Positions 1-13,600 of a stretch of DNA of 64,000 bases are shown piece by piece. The DNA lies in contig OZ037765.1 in NCBI GenBank assembly GCA_964035545.1, forward strand, positions 17,670,995 through 17,734,994. Reading direction: 5' to 3'. Within the stretch, counting starts at the first letter, position 1; every line of letters begins with the position of its first letter. The position numbers and the translations under genes are program-made. The notes below the pieces were generated by a model. It did no database searches. It was not told where the DNA came from and worked only from the letters and a program-made list of their open reading frames with translations. The DNA is from Bugula neritina. Taxonomy: Eukaryota; Animalia; Bryozoa.

Positions 1-104
1 TGTTGGCCAACTTATGAAAGAATAAGTGTAAAATAACACAAGCCAGAATATTTTACTAGGTACTAAAATGAAGAATTAAATACTGGCTATGAAAGCATGA
101 TTAC

Positions 105-828
105 CTGGGTCATAAAGTCTCATAATGTCATCGCGAAGGTTGGTGCCACCAGTGGTTACCATCACCTGGATTTTAAGATGCTTGCCCAACTGTTTACAGA
201 TTTGACTAGTCTGCAGAGCCAATTCACGAGTGGGCACCATTATCAATGCTAAAGGAGCCAAGCAACACCAATGAAAATAGAATTTTCAAACACTAATTAC
301 AGTTTATAAAGAAAGAAGTTTGAATCAAATAATTAACCTTGGGGACTGTCTTTGTCAACATCAATGCCTTCCAACACGGGTATTGCGTAGGCTCCAGTTT
401 TCCCAGTTCCATTTTTGGCACGAGCCAGAATATCTCTACCAGAAAGTGCAATTGGTATACTAGCTTCTTGAATTGGTGAGGGCACTTCCCAACCTTGCTC
501 AAATATTCCCATTAATAACTCGCGGTGAAGACAGAAATCCTCAAATTCATTACCTTTAGTATTTGTTACATCCTAAAATATTCAATGCAAAGTAGTTGTC
601 CAAAGATAAAACAGTAGATTCACAAAAGCGTAAATGTATGCACAACATTTAAACACAAATGCTAAAGCTTGTAAGTTATTTTGAACTTACCGCAGTTTTT
701 ATTCTGTGGTCTTTTTGAGGTAAATCTAAATTTTCTTTCCATGAGGTCCCTTGCTCTGTCCGTTTGCTGCTATGTGCATTGTTTAAATTAGAGTCACCCA
801 TAGGTTTCGGTTGTGTTGCCGCCGCCAT
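105..828 (-). CDS. DDX6: DEAD-box RNA helicase DDX6/Me31B/Dhh1, 5' part; coding exons 828-691, 572-338, 248-105; gene continues beyond the window start
   Basis: Spliced translation MAAATQPK...KDHRIKTA|[62 protein letters not shown]...|[18 protein letters not shown]...[17 protein letters not shown]. Contains the Q motif, motif I (GTGKT), motif Ia (PTRELA) and the DDX6-typical [10 protein letters not shown]. Introns are GT-AG and in phase. Confidence 0.96.
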
Positions 829-1020
829 GCAAGGTAATGTAAATTAATTCTGTATTTCTATCAGTTTCCCAGTTTCAGAAAAGTGAACAGCAGTAAATTC
901 CAAAAAAATACAAGTCACTGTCTTGCTATTGTGGAAGTAGATGAGATTTCAAAACTCAAATTGGAGTAATTATGTGTTACAGATGCAGCTTTAGAACGTG
1001 ATCCTAAGAAATTACAATCT
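829..1020 (-). other. DDX6: DDX6 5' UTR part of the ATG-bearing exon; acceptor at 1021-1022 implies a non-coding first exon further upstream (candidates about 3766-4190)
   Basis: Minus-strand pyrimidine tract plus AG (tgttttgtattgcag) ends at 1021. No upstream ATG in 829-1020. Minus-strand donors: GTGAGT (4144), GTAAGT (4088), GTGAGC (4049), GTAAGG (3765). Confidence 0.6.
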
Positions 1021-3659
1021 CTGCAATACAAAACAATATATCATCAAAATGAAACCAACAATCCATTTTTACACAAAATGCTAATTTGATTAATTTGAGA
1101 AACAGAGCTTTTTCTAGCTCATGACAGTTAAATCACACTTGAGAAAATAAAACCCACCACAACTAAAGGTACCAATACCTAACAAAAATAGATGTGTTGA
1201 AAAGATGGTTGAAAAGTTTTATTGTAATATTTAGTTGACTAATTTAGTATTTACGTAGTCTACTGGCTTTAATTGATCATATATGATGGTCATACTTTGA
1301 TCACCTTATCATTGGTAACACACCATATGCATGATACTACAAATGAAATATTAAATGTGAGGTACTTTCACTCATACCAAATCACACATGGTCTAAGCAC
1401 ACAGTTAATCAAGATGAAAGCCCTTTAAAAACCACAGGTGTAATCAGCTAACAGTAGACAATGCTGATAAGAACTCAATTTTTTTTACTTTCTTGCTGCT
1501 TTTAAAAGTACAATAATATAACAAAATTTTATGCACTTTGCCATATTGCTATGGTCAAAAATTATGGATATAGTTGTGCTACTATTTTCAGATGAGTTAA
1601 ATTGAATTGACCACAGTATTTATAATATCATATACTTGTTGAACCAAATGACCAGAATTGCTATATTTGATATGCTACTAAATCAAAATTGGAAGCTAGT
1701 TCCATTATAAGTGCACAATTATAGGCTGTGTTAGTATATATTAAGGTTACAGAACAATCTCTTAGTATAGAAAAAAAATTGAAAATCACTCATCAGTTCA
1801 AGTAGCTTCTAGTCTTTTTGAAGTTATAATGAATTGAACTAGCAATAAATTTTTCTGAAATACTTCAGTTATAACTCAAACTGGAGGTGAATGATCTTTA
1901 GCGATGCATTAATTGTAAACTCAACATTTTTATTTACCCTGTCAAATTGATGTTACTAGATTACATTTTTTTATTGGATTAGTACCTATGCATATTTACA
2001 GCTTATTGAAAGTGTTTGTAGGCAAACCTAATTCAAACTGATCTGATTCAATGCAACTCAAATCTGCAAAACTTGGCTTTCACAGTGGGAACTCGAATTT
2101 TAAAAACTACTACCTAATAAAGTTGAGAAGTTATAAAACAAAATGGCAATTTAACTGACACTACATCCTTTAGCTTGTTGCAATAAAATAAGATAAATGA
2201 AAGCACCTCTTGGGAGTTTTTGACAATGACTGTGCAAATAAAAATAATATGTTAACTTTAGCCTCATTTTTAATAGGCAAGGTTACAAGGGAGTGCCATT
2301 TAGTAAATTAAATTACCAATTTGTAAACATGATTTATTACAATAGAAGAATGACTACCAACAGTATCACAAAAACTATGAGCACCAAAATCATCAAGATT
2401 TACCATAACCATCCCCAAGTTTAGAAAGTTGATCTTACTGATAAGTCAAAAAATGGAAATGATATATCTATTTGCTTGAATTTACTTGAAGCATTTAAGG
2501 ATATACATGTTATGATATCATATTTAATATGTCTAAAAATTCCATCACTAAACCTCAGGTTTCAAGCCCATTTTTGCTGTTATCATTATCATTATGATAG
2601 AAAGAACTCATGTAGAGTCTATTTTATAGATGCCACACTGACACAGTAAAAATCCCTGATAGAATGGGCTTTCTTAAAGCAAGCATTAACTAAGAGCTGG
2701 TTTTCTATTGTGGCAAAAATGGATGCCTTTCCTAACATTGCCAACTAATACTATGATCATTGATGATGATCACTATGATTAAAATTATAAATTAAAATAT
2801 ATTTGTTAATCACTTTAATGTCATCATTTGTTCTTAGAATAAGACTAAGAGCTCAAATAATAAAAATTAAACTACTCTTAGTTTTAAACCGTACACTTAA
2901 AATTAAATTGTAAAGTAAAACAGTCACAATTTCAATTTGAATTATATAAATGAATTATCAATATGAGCATTATCATTATACTAAAAGTATAATAATAAAG
3001 GTGACACTCACACTGACTATTTTAGTTAGTTAAACTTTTACTTATACAGTATATCTTATAGTTATAGTGATTTAAAATTTATTCATTGGATTTAGTGAAT
3101 TACAGCATGACTATGAGTATTACTATAACTATTCATATTGATATTGTATTACTATTAGTATTAGTATTAGTATCACATTTACTATTAGTATTACTATTCG
3201 TATTACTGTAAGTATAAGAGTATAAATATTACTAATAGTATCACTATTAGTAAAATAAAAAATTGGGCCTAGTAATAGTTAAATGTTATTGTAATTGTTA
3301 TTACTAAGCCTAAACTTAAAACATACAAATAGTAAAACTAAATCATAAATGTAATACTTTCAAGTATTTATTATAATTATTATTATAAATTATAATATAA
3401 ACAAGCTTTTACATGTATTTTATACTTATATTAGAAGTCAAAATATTTAAAATTTTGACAATAAACATAATTATAAAATTTTACTCGATACGGATCTACT
3501 CATCTTGATCTAGGAGCAAATTAACAAAACTATCAAATTTAAACTTTAGAATCTGACTCCAACAAGGTGCAATGAAAAATATATGATAACCCCAACAATA
3601 AGTTTTCAAGGAAATATACGTGGTAAAAAAGCAACCAATGTAAAAATTTCTTCAAAGAT

Positions 3660-4400
3660 TAAGATGTTTGTTGATTGAGCCTGCACAGGGCCTAAATGGA
3701 CACCTTGACGGATTTCGCTGCGGTTTCATCAATGTAAATTGCGTTACCACTTGCTATTTCCTTACTGAAGCATCCGTCAGCGTAATCTCAAAACCAGTGT
3801 TTCAAACTAACAAAATATACAAACATTTGAACAAAACATTATGCAAAATTTATTTGCTACCAAAAAATATTTTTATTTGACCCTAACATTGCAATTTTGA
3901 TTCTAATCTTGACCTATAATTTTTTTAGAGGTCGATAGTAGGGGAGCAGAAAAATCTTCAAGAAACGCGAGTTTTGGTTCACACAATGATTACCGATCAT
4001 AAAAATCAAGATCGGATTGTAGATGAATGTTGGTAATAATATTGCTCACCATGACTTTCAATGTTCTTTATTGCGTTTAGTAACTTACTGTAAATTTCTG
4101 GCTTCTTTCTAGACACACAGCCTGTGCTGTCGAAATCAACTCACTTCAAGTTCGCTTGTCTCGTTGTCCGCTGTTCACTTTAACTTTTATTCTAAAAATA
4201 TAATTAAATCATAATCATTATCATATGAAGTAGTTTTTATTTTCAATTCATATGAATACAATTTGAGCTTGAACTTGAAGTATCAAGCGAAACGTTGTAA
4301 ACTAAAATAATTATTTCGTCATTTTTATGATACTGTTACTAATCGACTTCAACTTCGAGTAATCATAATTTAAATTAATGTTTGTGCGACTACTCTAACT
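3660..4400. promoter_or_regulatory. Putative bidirectional promoter region for DDX6 (-) and UBR5 (+)
   Basis: Divergent gene orientation, UBR5 ATG at 4401, strong minus-strand donors at 4049-4144, and visibly more CpG than in the flanking introns. Confidence 0.6.
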
Positions 4401-4582
4401 ATGAGTTCTCTGCACTTCGTGCTGCATTCAAGTCCAGAAACTACCGAAAGTTTACACGATAAGTAAGTTTCCAATTCAATAATTTACAATCTCTAGACTT
4501 ACTCCTAGTAGTACTGAAGTAGTGGTAGTACTGTAGACGTAGTACTACTAGTACTAGTAGTACTAGTACCTGTAATGTAGAC

Positions 4583-4613
<31 letters not shown>

Positions 4614-7600
4614 TAGTAGTGATAGTAGTAGTGGTAGTAGTAGTAGTATTGTAGAACTAGACGTACTATTAGTAGTTGTAGTAATAGCAGCAGCAGTAGG
4701 CATGTTAGTACTAGTAGTAGACATAGTTATAGTATTAAGTATTAGCACTCCTACTAGTAGTTGTTTGGTATTTGATACTAACATTTCTTTATAACAGTAA
4801 GCGTAGGGCCACACGACGCGAGTTACCTGTGCGGGACGTGCGAGAAAACCCGTTTAGCCTAAAAATGGGATGTTGCGTGCGGATTTTCTTGCGGATAACA
4901 TGCTGAGCGGTAAGTGCAGAAAGCTTGTGCGGGTTTTATTTAATTGGCTGATTATCATTTGGTGAGTACACTTTTCTGATTTCAAGTCGTTTTAGTTTTT
5001 AGTGAACTGAGTTAAAACAGTTTTATATAGTTTGTATTTCCGCTTTTATAACATCTAAAGTCACTTTGCCGATGATGTAAGTTTAAAAACAAACGTCTGT
5101 AGGCGAGCAGTAAAGTTAAACTCCAAGATCATTAGCTAATAAATTTTCGCACTTGCAACACACGCATTGTGTGTAGCAGGTCACTCCCGGGACAGGTTTT
5201 CAAAAATTTTGAGCCCGCGAAGGGTAACTCACGTCGTGTGGCCCTACGCTTACTGTAGTTTTATTATTTACAATTATATTAATTAAAGGTAGATGCAGTG
5301 ATAAAAACTTAAGAAAAGCTTGTGTTCTAGATTAGAAATGTAGCAAAAGAAGTTATGTTCTTGCAAGAATTTCAACCTGCGCCCCAAACTAAAATTTAAT
5401 AAAATAATTGAAAAACTTAGGTTATCTCAATTTCTCCCCTACTGCTCCTAAATGATTAATCAACTATTATTTTATTAGTGTTATATCAGTCCTGTAAGTG
5501 GGAGCAGCCGTGGTTTAGGGGTTAAAGCGTTTGCTTTGTGAACACGAAGTCATGAGTTCGGGCCCAACAAAGGCCATTGGTGATGTTAGGAAGAGCATCC
5601 AGTCATAATTGCTCCTGTGCTTTATCTAAACAAGTCCTTAGCCCGTCTTAACAAAAACCCTTTCCATCAGGGGCTTCTCACAGGGATAGCGACTATAAAC
5701 TTCCATGAGTTTTTTTATATCAGTCCTGTAAGTAATCCGTTGCATATATAATAATATATTATCATCATTATTATTATGGGCCTTTTTGGTATTCACCCTA
5801 ACTGGCCACTAGTTTATCATAGGTGTTTTTTTTAAGCAAGAACCATTGGGGACACCAGAGGGAACATAGATTGAAAAACTTTCACAGCATCCGCTTAATA
5901 AGTAGTAAAAAAAATTCACATTGTAAACCAAATGAGGCACCCCTATAACCATAAGTGTTCCTGAGTGTATAATATCTTTTAAAGTACTCAAAGGTATGCT
6001 CTTTTTTACAGTAGCTGAAAGATTTTCATTTGTTATTAATATCCTTACAAAATATGGTACCCACGTCTAATAATTATTAAGGACATTTATACAATATGGA
6101 GCAACTATTATGACAGATGTCCCAAACCTACTTGAATAACAGAAAATTTAAAACAAAAATCTTCATCTTTTCCTGTCTGCTACCACAAAGGTACAGTCGA
6201 AAGTAAAGTAAAAATTACATATTTACTACAAATTACTGACTGCCGAGGCAACCAAATATGCAACTCATTTAAATAGACTGAAGACAATGATAAAACTGAC
6301 TACGACAATGTTGAACAATTTGATAAATACTGTAAATCATGGATAACCTTAGTAGCTAAACCTCAATTGTTACCCGAGTTGTAAATGAGGAAATAAAACG
6401 TTTGACGGGTTTTTGACTGAACTATATATTGTCGCAAAATTAATTGACTTAAAAGACATGTAGGCTACTACTTAGTACCTACTGATGCTACAGTCCCTCA
6501 TACCAGAAATTTAAAGTGAAAAGATTATGAAAAAACTATTCGACTTGTCAGTTGACCGACTCTGGCGTCAAAACAATTGGGCCTGTGTAGACGTGAAGAA
6601 ATACCAGCAATCAACTGTAAGACCATGCCTGATATTAATACTAATAGACTAAAATAATGATGTTCCCATTGTGAAGGTTAAAAGCGCCATTGCCGGCACT
6701 TTGAACTTTAACCCTTTGCTAGATTGCTAGATTCATGGGTTTCAACAAGCTAAATCTATCCATGAATACCTGACAAAGCATTAAAAAATTTTGTGTTATC
6801 CAGCACCATCTTTCTGTGTGAGGTGGTATTCTCATCAATATTATTGGAAATAAAAAGAGAAATTGCCTTGACCTAGAAAGTGACCGGAGATTTGCCCTAC
6901 CAAAAATAGAGCCAACAAGCTGGGACAAAAGCATCAACTTCAGCCATCCCATTACTAATAATTAAACTACTCTGTGTGTTATGCATGCATAATAATATTG
7001 CAACCAATATATTATAATCAAATATAATAGAAGTATATAGAGTTGGATCATAATATGTTATGGCAGTCTTTCCTGGCTAACAGGTCATCTATACTCTTGA
7101 ATAAACTGTTTGATTATTAGACTTTGACTCACTTATTGACTAATGATCATTGATTGGACAAGTTATCATCATTGCTTTACAAAGGATGGTGAGAAGACTG
7201 GCCAAGTAGAGTCAATATCCTTCATTTTGAAAAATGCCATTCAACTTTTCTTCTCACTGTTTATTTCATTCATACTACCTTTCATAGATTGTAACTTCAC
7301 CAATTTTTTCTGTATGTGGTCTAACATAGTAAAATATTTCGGTAGATAATTAGACAGTAACTGCTTGTTACTCTAATAAAAACTGCAATCTTAAGGTTGC
7401 TCAAACGCTGCCTTATTGTAAAATATAATTATAACTTTTTGGTAATTGTTATTATTATATTAATAATTCAAATATTTAAATATTAATATAATAATAATAA
7501 TATAAATAGGTATTTTTTGGTAGTAAACTAAATGGTAACCTGTATATTAAATTGAAAAAACTGAATTTATTGCAAATACTCTAATGAGGCAGAATGTTAA

Positions 7601-10600
7601 TGCTCAATTGGGTCTTTCCTTTTGTTGAAAATTTCTGCCTAATATATCATAATTTTTGGAAAAAAATTATTGTTTTAAGTTTATTTATTCTGAGTTTATT
7701 TTGTCTCTTGAAACTAAAAATTTCTTTTATAGACTGTACTATGATAGTTTGTAAAGCCAACATATTGACATTGTTCATTTACTATTGATGCAATTGCAAT
7801 GTGTTTATAAATGTTTTAGGTTGAGGGATTTATCTTCCAGTATTAGCAAGAGTGGATATAAATGTGCTCCAGTCTTTGAAACACTTGGGTCAGCCGAAAT
7901 TTCTCAATGCGTACTATCTGATAGTCACATTGCATTACTCTTAAAGGTATTTAGACTGCAATGTCTTGTATAACTTAGGCAGTTTAACCTGAAATAAAAA
8001 GCAGTTGGTGTTCTATAGCTACACGAATGCTCATTTTATGCCAAAGCAGTTGCCAGGTGCAAAGCTATTTTAAAGTATCTACAGGCAAGATGGGAAAGTT
8101 CATAAATACGTTTTGACTATGAAATTTTTAGGATGGGAGAGTATGTCGTACAACTTGCACATTGCTTGCTGATAAGCTTGAAATTCCTTTAAAAGCACCG
8201 TCTCATTCCAAAAGGTAATATTTATTTTGCTTACAATTTTTTCTCTGTTTTGTTATTAAAATATGAAGACGGTAATTTGTTTTTTCATGTTCACAATTGT
8301 CAATTTCACGATGTTAATATAGTATGATATACTAGCTTTAATTTGTCCCCATATCTTAGTGACCAGCCCACCACAACATCTAATTCTACATCGAGTTCTA
8401 GTGGTACTGGTCATAGCACCACTTCTAGCAGACTGTCGAGAACAGAGCATTCAGCTACTTCATTGGCTACATTAGCTTCAGCTGCGTCTGCTATTGGGGC
8501 TCGACCTGTTAGTGGATCCATAGCTGTGAGTGGGTCAAGTAGTGGGGTTGGCAGAGGTTCTAGAGCCAGTAGGATACTACATGCGGTCACCAGTGCAGGT
8601 TAGATGCTGTGAGGTTCTTGTGATCGTATGCTGCTATCCAAAGTTAATTAGAGGCGAACTTATTTATTTGTTATGATATAATGTAGGTATTATTTTTCTG
8701 CTACCCAACTATAATTATTTTAATGGCTGAATGGTATACATTTTAGGTGGGAGGCCTGCAGGTGTTCTTTTAGGCAGGGCACCTATTCCTAGCTCCCTTG
8801 TACCGAATGATTTGGTGGAGCAATGCCTTTCAGTGTTGCAGGGAAAATCTAGGAGCCTAATAATACGGGAATTACAACGCACTGTATGTTATTATTGGTA
8901 TAAAATGAAAGCGTTTGATATCTTTGTTGTTCATATGTTAAAAAGTGTGCAGCTCATCGAGCTTTGATGAATATCACATTTCTTGGATCATGATCTATAA
9001 AAATGTTGTCTGAACAAGTAGGTCTATTTTCGACAAATTCCAAAACACTTTCAATTGGTATAATTGCACATTGGTACATTTTAATCACTCAATATGCTGG
9101 AATATGCAGAAATTGACCAATATGACTGCTCTTAGCTTACTAGTTGGTAGTTTCATATTTTGTATGTAACAAGGGAAAAAGTTGACATTTTATTTGTACT
9201 TTTTTTGTTTGAAAAAAAAAACAATTGATAGCATATTATCAATAACAACTAATTATTCCTTAATACCAATGCATAAGTGATAATATTTAAAGGGATAATT
9301 TTGATAAGCCATATTACTTCAAATTATAATAAGTTTCACCTTTTGGTAGAATTGATATTCAAACTAACAATTTATTTTGCTATAGTATGATAATGTATTG
9401 GATTTCTATTCCAACTTATGCTAATAACTTATTATTGGAACAACAACTTGATGTAACTTTTGCTTAAAATCGTTATTTTCTTGTGGACAATTAGCTCATT
9501 CTCTTGTTTTCAATTTATGTATAATGTGTTTTTTGACTAATTTCTAATCACTTTATAGAAATGCTGAACTTTTGAATCTGTTAAATCATTCCCCTGATTA
9601 TTTTTTTAGAATTTAGATGTAAATTTGGCTGTCAACAACTTGTTGAGTAGAGATGATGAAGGAGATGAGGATGATGACAGTCAAGATGGTTATATGCCAG
9701 GAGGTTGGGCCTATTGTTACTTTGCTTTATGGGCTACATTGAAAATTAGCTTCAATCAAATATAGTTAGATGTCTTGAAATATTTAATATAACTGAAGAT
9801 TTTCTATTTCATTGTATGCCATCAATTTTCTTCTTGTTAGGCAAGTTCTACTAGTTATCAAATGTTATTTTTGAAAAACTATTTTCTGTTCCATCTGGAA
9901 TAAGTAGTATAAGGAACTGATAAATTCGTATTAGTTCACTACCCCAGTATGAAATATCACTTCTTCTATCACTACTACTACTATTGCAAGTAATGGGTCA
10001 CACAGTGAATAGTAGATCAAGTCTAATTCAAGAATCGGTTTATTCATGTTCAATATGTTAATTTACAACCTGAGTCAACACTTGAATCATTTGGACCAAT
10101 TTGATTTGACATTACAGGCCAATATAAGTTCAATAAACTATGTAAGTTGTTTTAGTACAACTTGCTTAGTTGTTACAAGCATTTTAAATAGAACTAATGA
10201 CCTGGTGAATCTGACTTCAACTCTACTTTTATATAGTGAATGATATAGTTGCATAGGCTCTTGATCTAAAAGAAGCAGGTCTTATTATCACGCATCACTT
10301 TACATAATCCATTTACACCAGCATAGCATTAGTAATGCCAATAATAACATTAGCTCTTAAGCTTGTTCAAAACTAAGTAATCATGCTCAAGTTGTTTTCA
10401 ATAAATCACTGTTGAATCAACACAAGTGAACTATGATACACCAAAGGTCCACTATGAACCAACTCATTTAAATTCTAAAAACTAAGTGCTTCAAAATCAA
10501 CCAAGCAGTTTGTGTAAGAGACCAAGTTCTTCAAGTATGTTTTTGAAAGTTAGCTAGTACTCCAGTTACCATGACCGGAGCCCAGCTCTGCTATTTGTAA

Positions 10601-13600
10601 AAGTATTCGATTAGTATGACTTGAAGTGGAAAAATTCTTTTAAGTTTGTCTTCTAAATTAGTAATATGAAGTAAATAACCACTTGTAACTAGTTCCTATA
10701 TTGACATTTTAGGTCTGCTTTTGGTTGTAAGTTGATGTTATGTGGTAGTTGATCATATATTTCACTACAACTAACTTGGCTTGCAGCTCTGTGAAATGAA
10801 GAATGATACAGCATGTATAAAGTAAAGACAACATGACTGAAAAAATAGTTGCATTCCATTTTTAAATGATACTCTTATATTATTTTACACTCTCACTTCA
10901 TGAAATTTATAGAAAGAAATATCTAAATTTAGCAACTTTTGATTTTTGGAAAAGTGGAGAAGTATATGGTTCTTAAACATATTATCAATATTGACATGTA
11001 TTAGGTTATTGGATCAAAAACCTTTACCAATTAAAACAATATGGTGAATGGGTACATTATTCAGTATGTTGTCTTGCAGATGACCTGATGTCTTTACTGG
11101 ATACTGGTGCACCAGGAGACCATGGCTCTGTGCTGATGGATGCGGCGGAGGCGCTGCTGGATGGGGGAGAGCTGAACCCCTATCACCCCCTCAGATCACG
11201 AGTCACAGGCAGGCAGTCGCAAGCTGTGTCCTCTGCAGTAGCAAGTAAATATGTAGTTTTATAGCCATTTATGCAGCTGTGACCAGTACGCACTTGCTGC
11301 AGACTAGTACTGAGTCTAGTACTAGTATGACTTTAGTATTAGTTGTTTTGGTTTCAAATTATGGACTGATTGTAAACTTTGAATATCAAAATGAATATGT
11401 ACCTAACCGTTCATAGTGACATGTAAAATAAATTCCTAGAAACCAGGTTAATAAGGCTGCTTATGGCACGTTCGGACTTTGATTAGTGATAATAGATCTG
11501 CTATGACATAACAATCACCCCACTCTGCTGTAGAAGCCATTGCACCACCTTTACTTACTTACTTTTAGTTGTGGCTATAATTTATATTTATCTTCAGTCA
11601 ATGCTACTAGTTGGGATACTAATAGTAATGGCATGAAATGATTTATCATTACTATAAGAAGGCCACTGCTATCAATAGTTATAGCTGTTGCTAGTTATTA
11701 CATAATTCCAATTGTTTCAACTGCACACAAATACTATTGTAGACCACTCTATTGTTAGAAAATGTTGTGATTTATTTTCTCTAATGATAGTCTTAAGCTT
11801 CTGATGTTTTTTAATATGGAAACCATGGAATGAAATCTTTTGGACTCAGTTATCAAAATAACTGCTGGAAATTATTCTATCTTGTAACTTTGGTAACTTT
11901 AGTATCAGTTTCCTCTCATTATTTCCTATAAGTATTATTTTAAACCAAACACCTGCCATTTTAATGATTATGTCATAACTAGGTCGAGCAGCATTGGCAA
12001 GTGCAGCGGCAGCAGCAGTTGCAGCAGATGATGATAGCTTACGGAGTGATCGAGAAGCCTCATTTCTTAGACTGAGGGAAAGAAGATGGTTAGATTCTGC
12101 ATTAAGAGAGGAGGGAGCTGACATTCGTTCATCTGTTGAAAGGGTACCTTTGCTATTTATTGCTACATTGTGAATGTGTTGAGTCAATAGTAAAATTATG
12201 TAAAATCATGCCAAGTTCTTTGTAGTGTAATGTATTCATCAACTAGCTGCTGATAATAATTCTAATATAATTTTTACTGGAGTTACATTAAGTAATGTCC
12301 ACTTGCTCCTGGTAACTCAACTTCTTCAAATAAATGAGAACTAATGTGTGATTTTAATTTCAGATTACTCTCACAACCTTTGATGATAGGCATGTGTGTG
12401 CTATAACCAGATGACTATAGCGCTGTATAATACAGATAACTATAATGGTCTCTATATCTATTGCAGTGCTTTAATCTCATGAGAAGCAGCAACTCAGAAA
12501 GTAGTTCCGCTAAAAAGCCGGAACCAAAGGCTTCAAGGTCATCCAACTCTGGAACACCGACACCAACTGAGAAGGCCAAGACCAATTCAACTACTAACAT
12601 GCAGAATGCTTTGGTGTTTGGAGAACAACTGCATTTCATGAGTATGCCTGTGAGTTTTAGTGTATTCTCCTAACCATTTCCTCTCAGAAACTGAGTGATA
12701 TAAATAACATAAGACATTCATTACTGGTGAATGGACTTATGTCTTGACTTGACTATTCATGGAATATGGTTGTTACTCTACTTTTCTTTTTATCTGATTA
12801 TCTATGGTTGTGCCAGAGCTACTTTTATTTGTAATTTGATTCATTTACTTCAGGAAAGTGGTGCTACATTCTGCCAGATTACTGCTATGTATTCAGAACT
12901 GCTAGTCTTAGACAGTGAGGGCAAGCTACATCAGTGGAAATGGTCAGAGCAAGATTCGTATAGCTCTCCAGAGGTGAGTCCTTAAGTACAATAAGGGCTG
13001 AATGTAGCTTTCTGTCTATGTTTATTTCAGTAGATGTCGTGGCAGTATATGAAAAGATCTTATGGCAAGTAGGGCTTTGCTGGGTTTAGTTCTGTATATT
13101 TTGAAGCGTTTCACATTGATATATTACGGTTAAGTGATGGAAAGTTCTGGCTTCATTTCATGTTTTACCTTATTCACCTTATTCACCTGTTGACTTTTGT
13201 TCATTGCTTTGTGTAGCGCCATAGTTGAATTTACACTGATGTAGATTTTACCCCCCCCCCCATGCTTACAGTCCTGTGACATCTTGTACCTAGTGTAATA
13301 TATTGTCTCTACAGAACCCTGGTATTCATCACCCTAAAACCATTCCTATGCTGTTGAACAATGAAAAGGTCATAGGAATATCTTCAAGTCTTGTGCGTGC
13401 TTCTGTGTGGACAGAATCATCCAAGGTATGCTCTACCATTTCTTATGCTCAAATACAGTAACTTGGAGTTATGATTTATTAGCTATTATAAACCTCAAGG
13501 TTTGTCATACAGCAACTCTTTGTAACATTTTTGATGAATTGATAACATTTTTATATTGAGATCTGTAATAACCGTGACTACTGAAGGCATGTTTTATTCA

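Noticed and set aside
4563-4814. 83-aa minus-strand ORF with poly-Thr/Leu, resembling a membrane peptide
   Set aside because: Translation of the (TAG)n tract plus the MITE end.
5500-5580. Functional tRNA gene
   Set aside because: No convincing cloverleaf or acceptor stem; it is the head of a TSD-flanked SINE.
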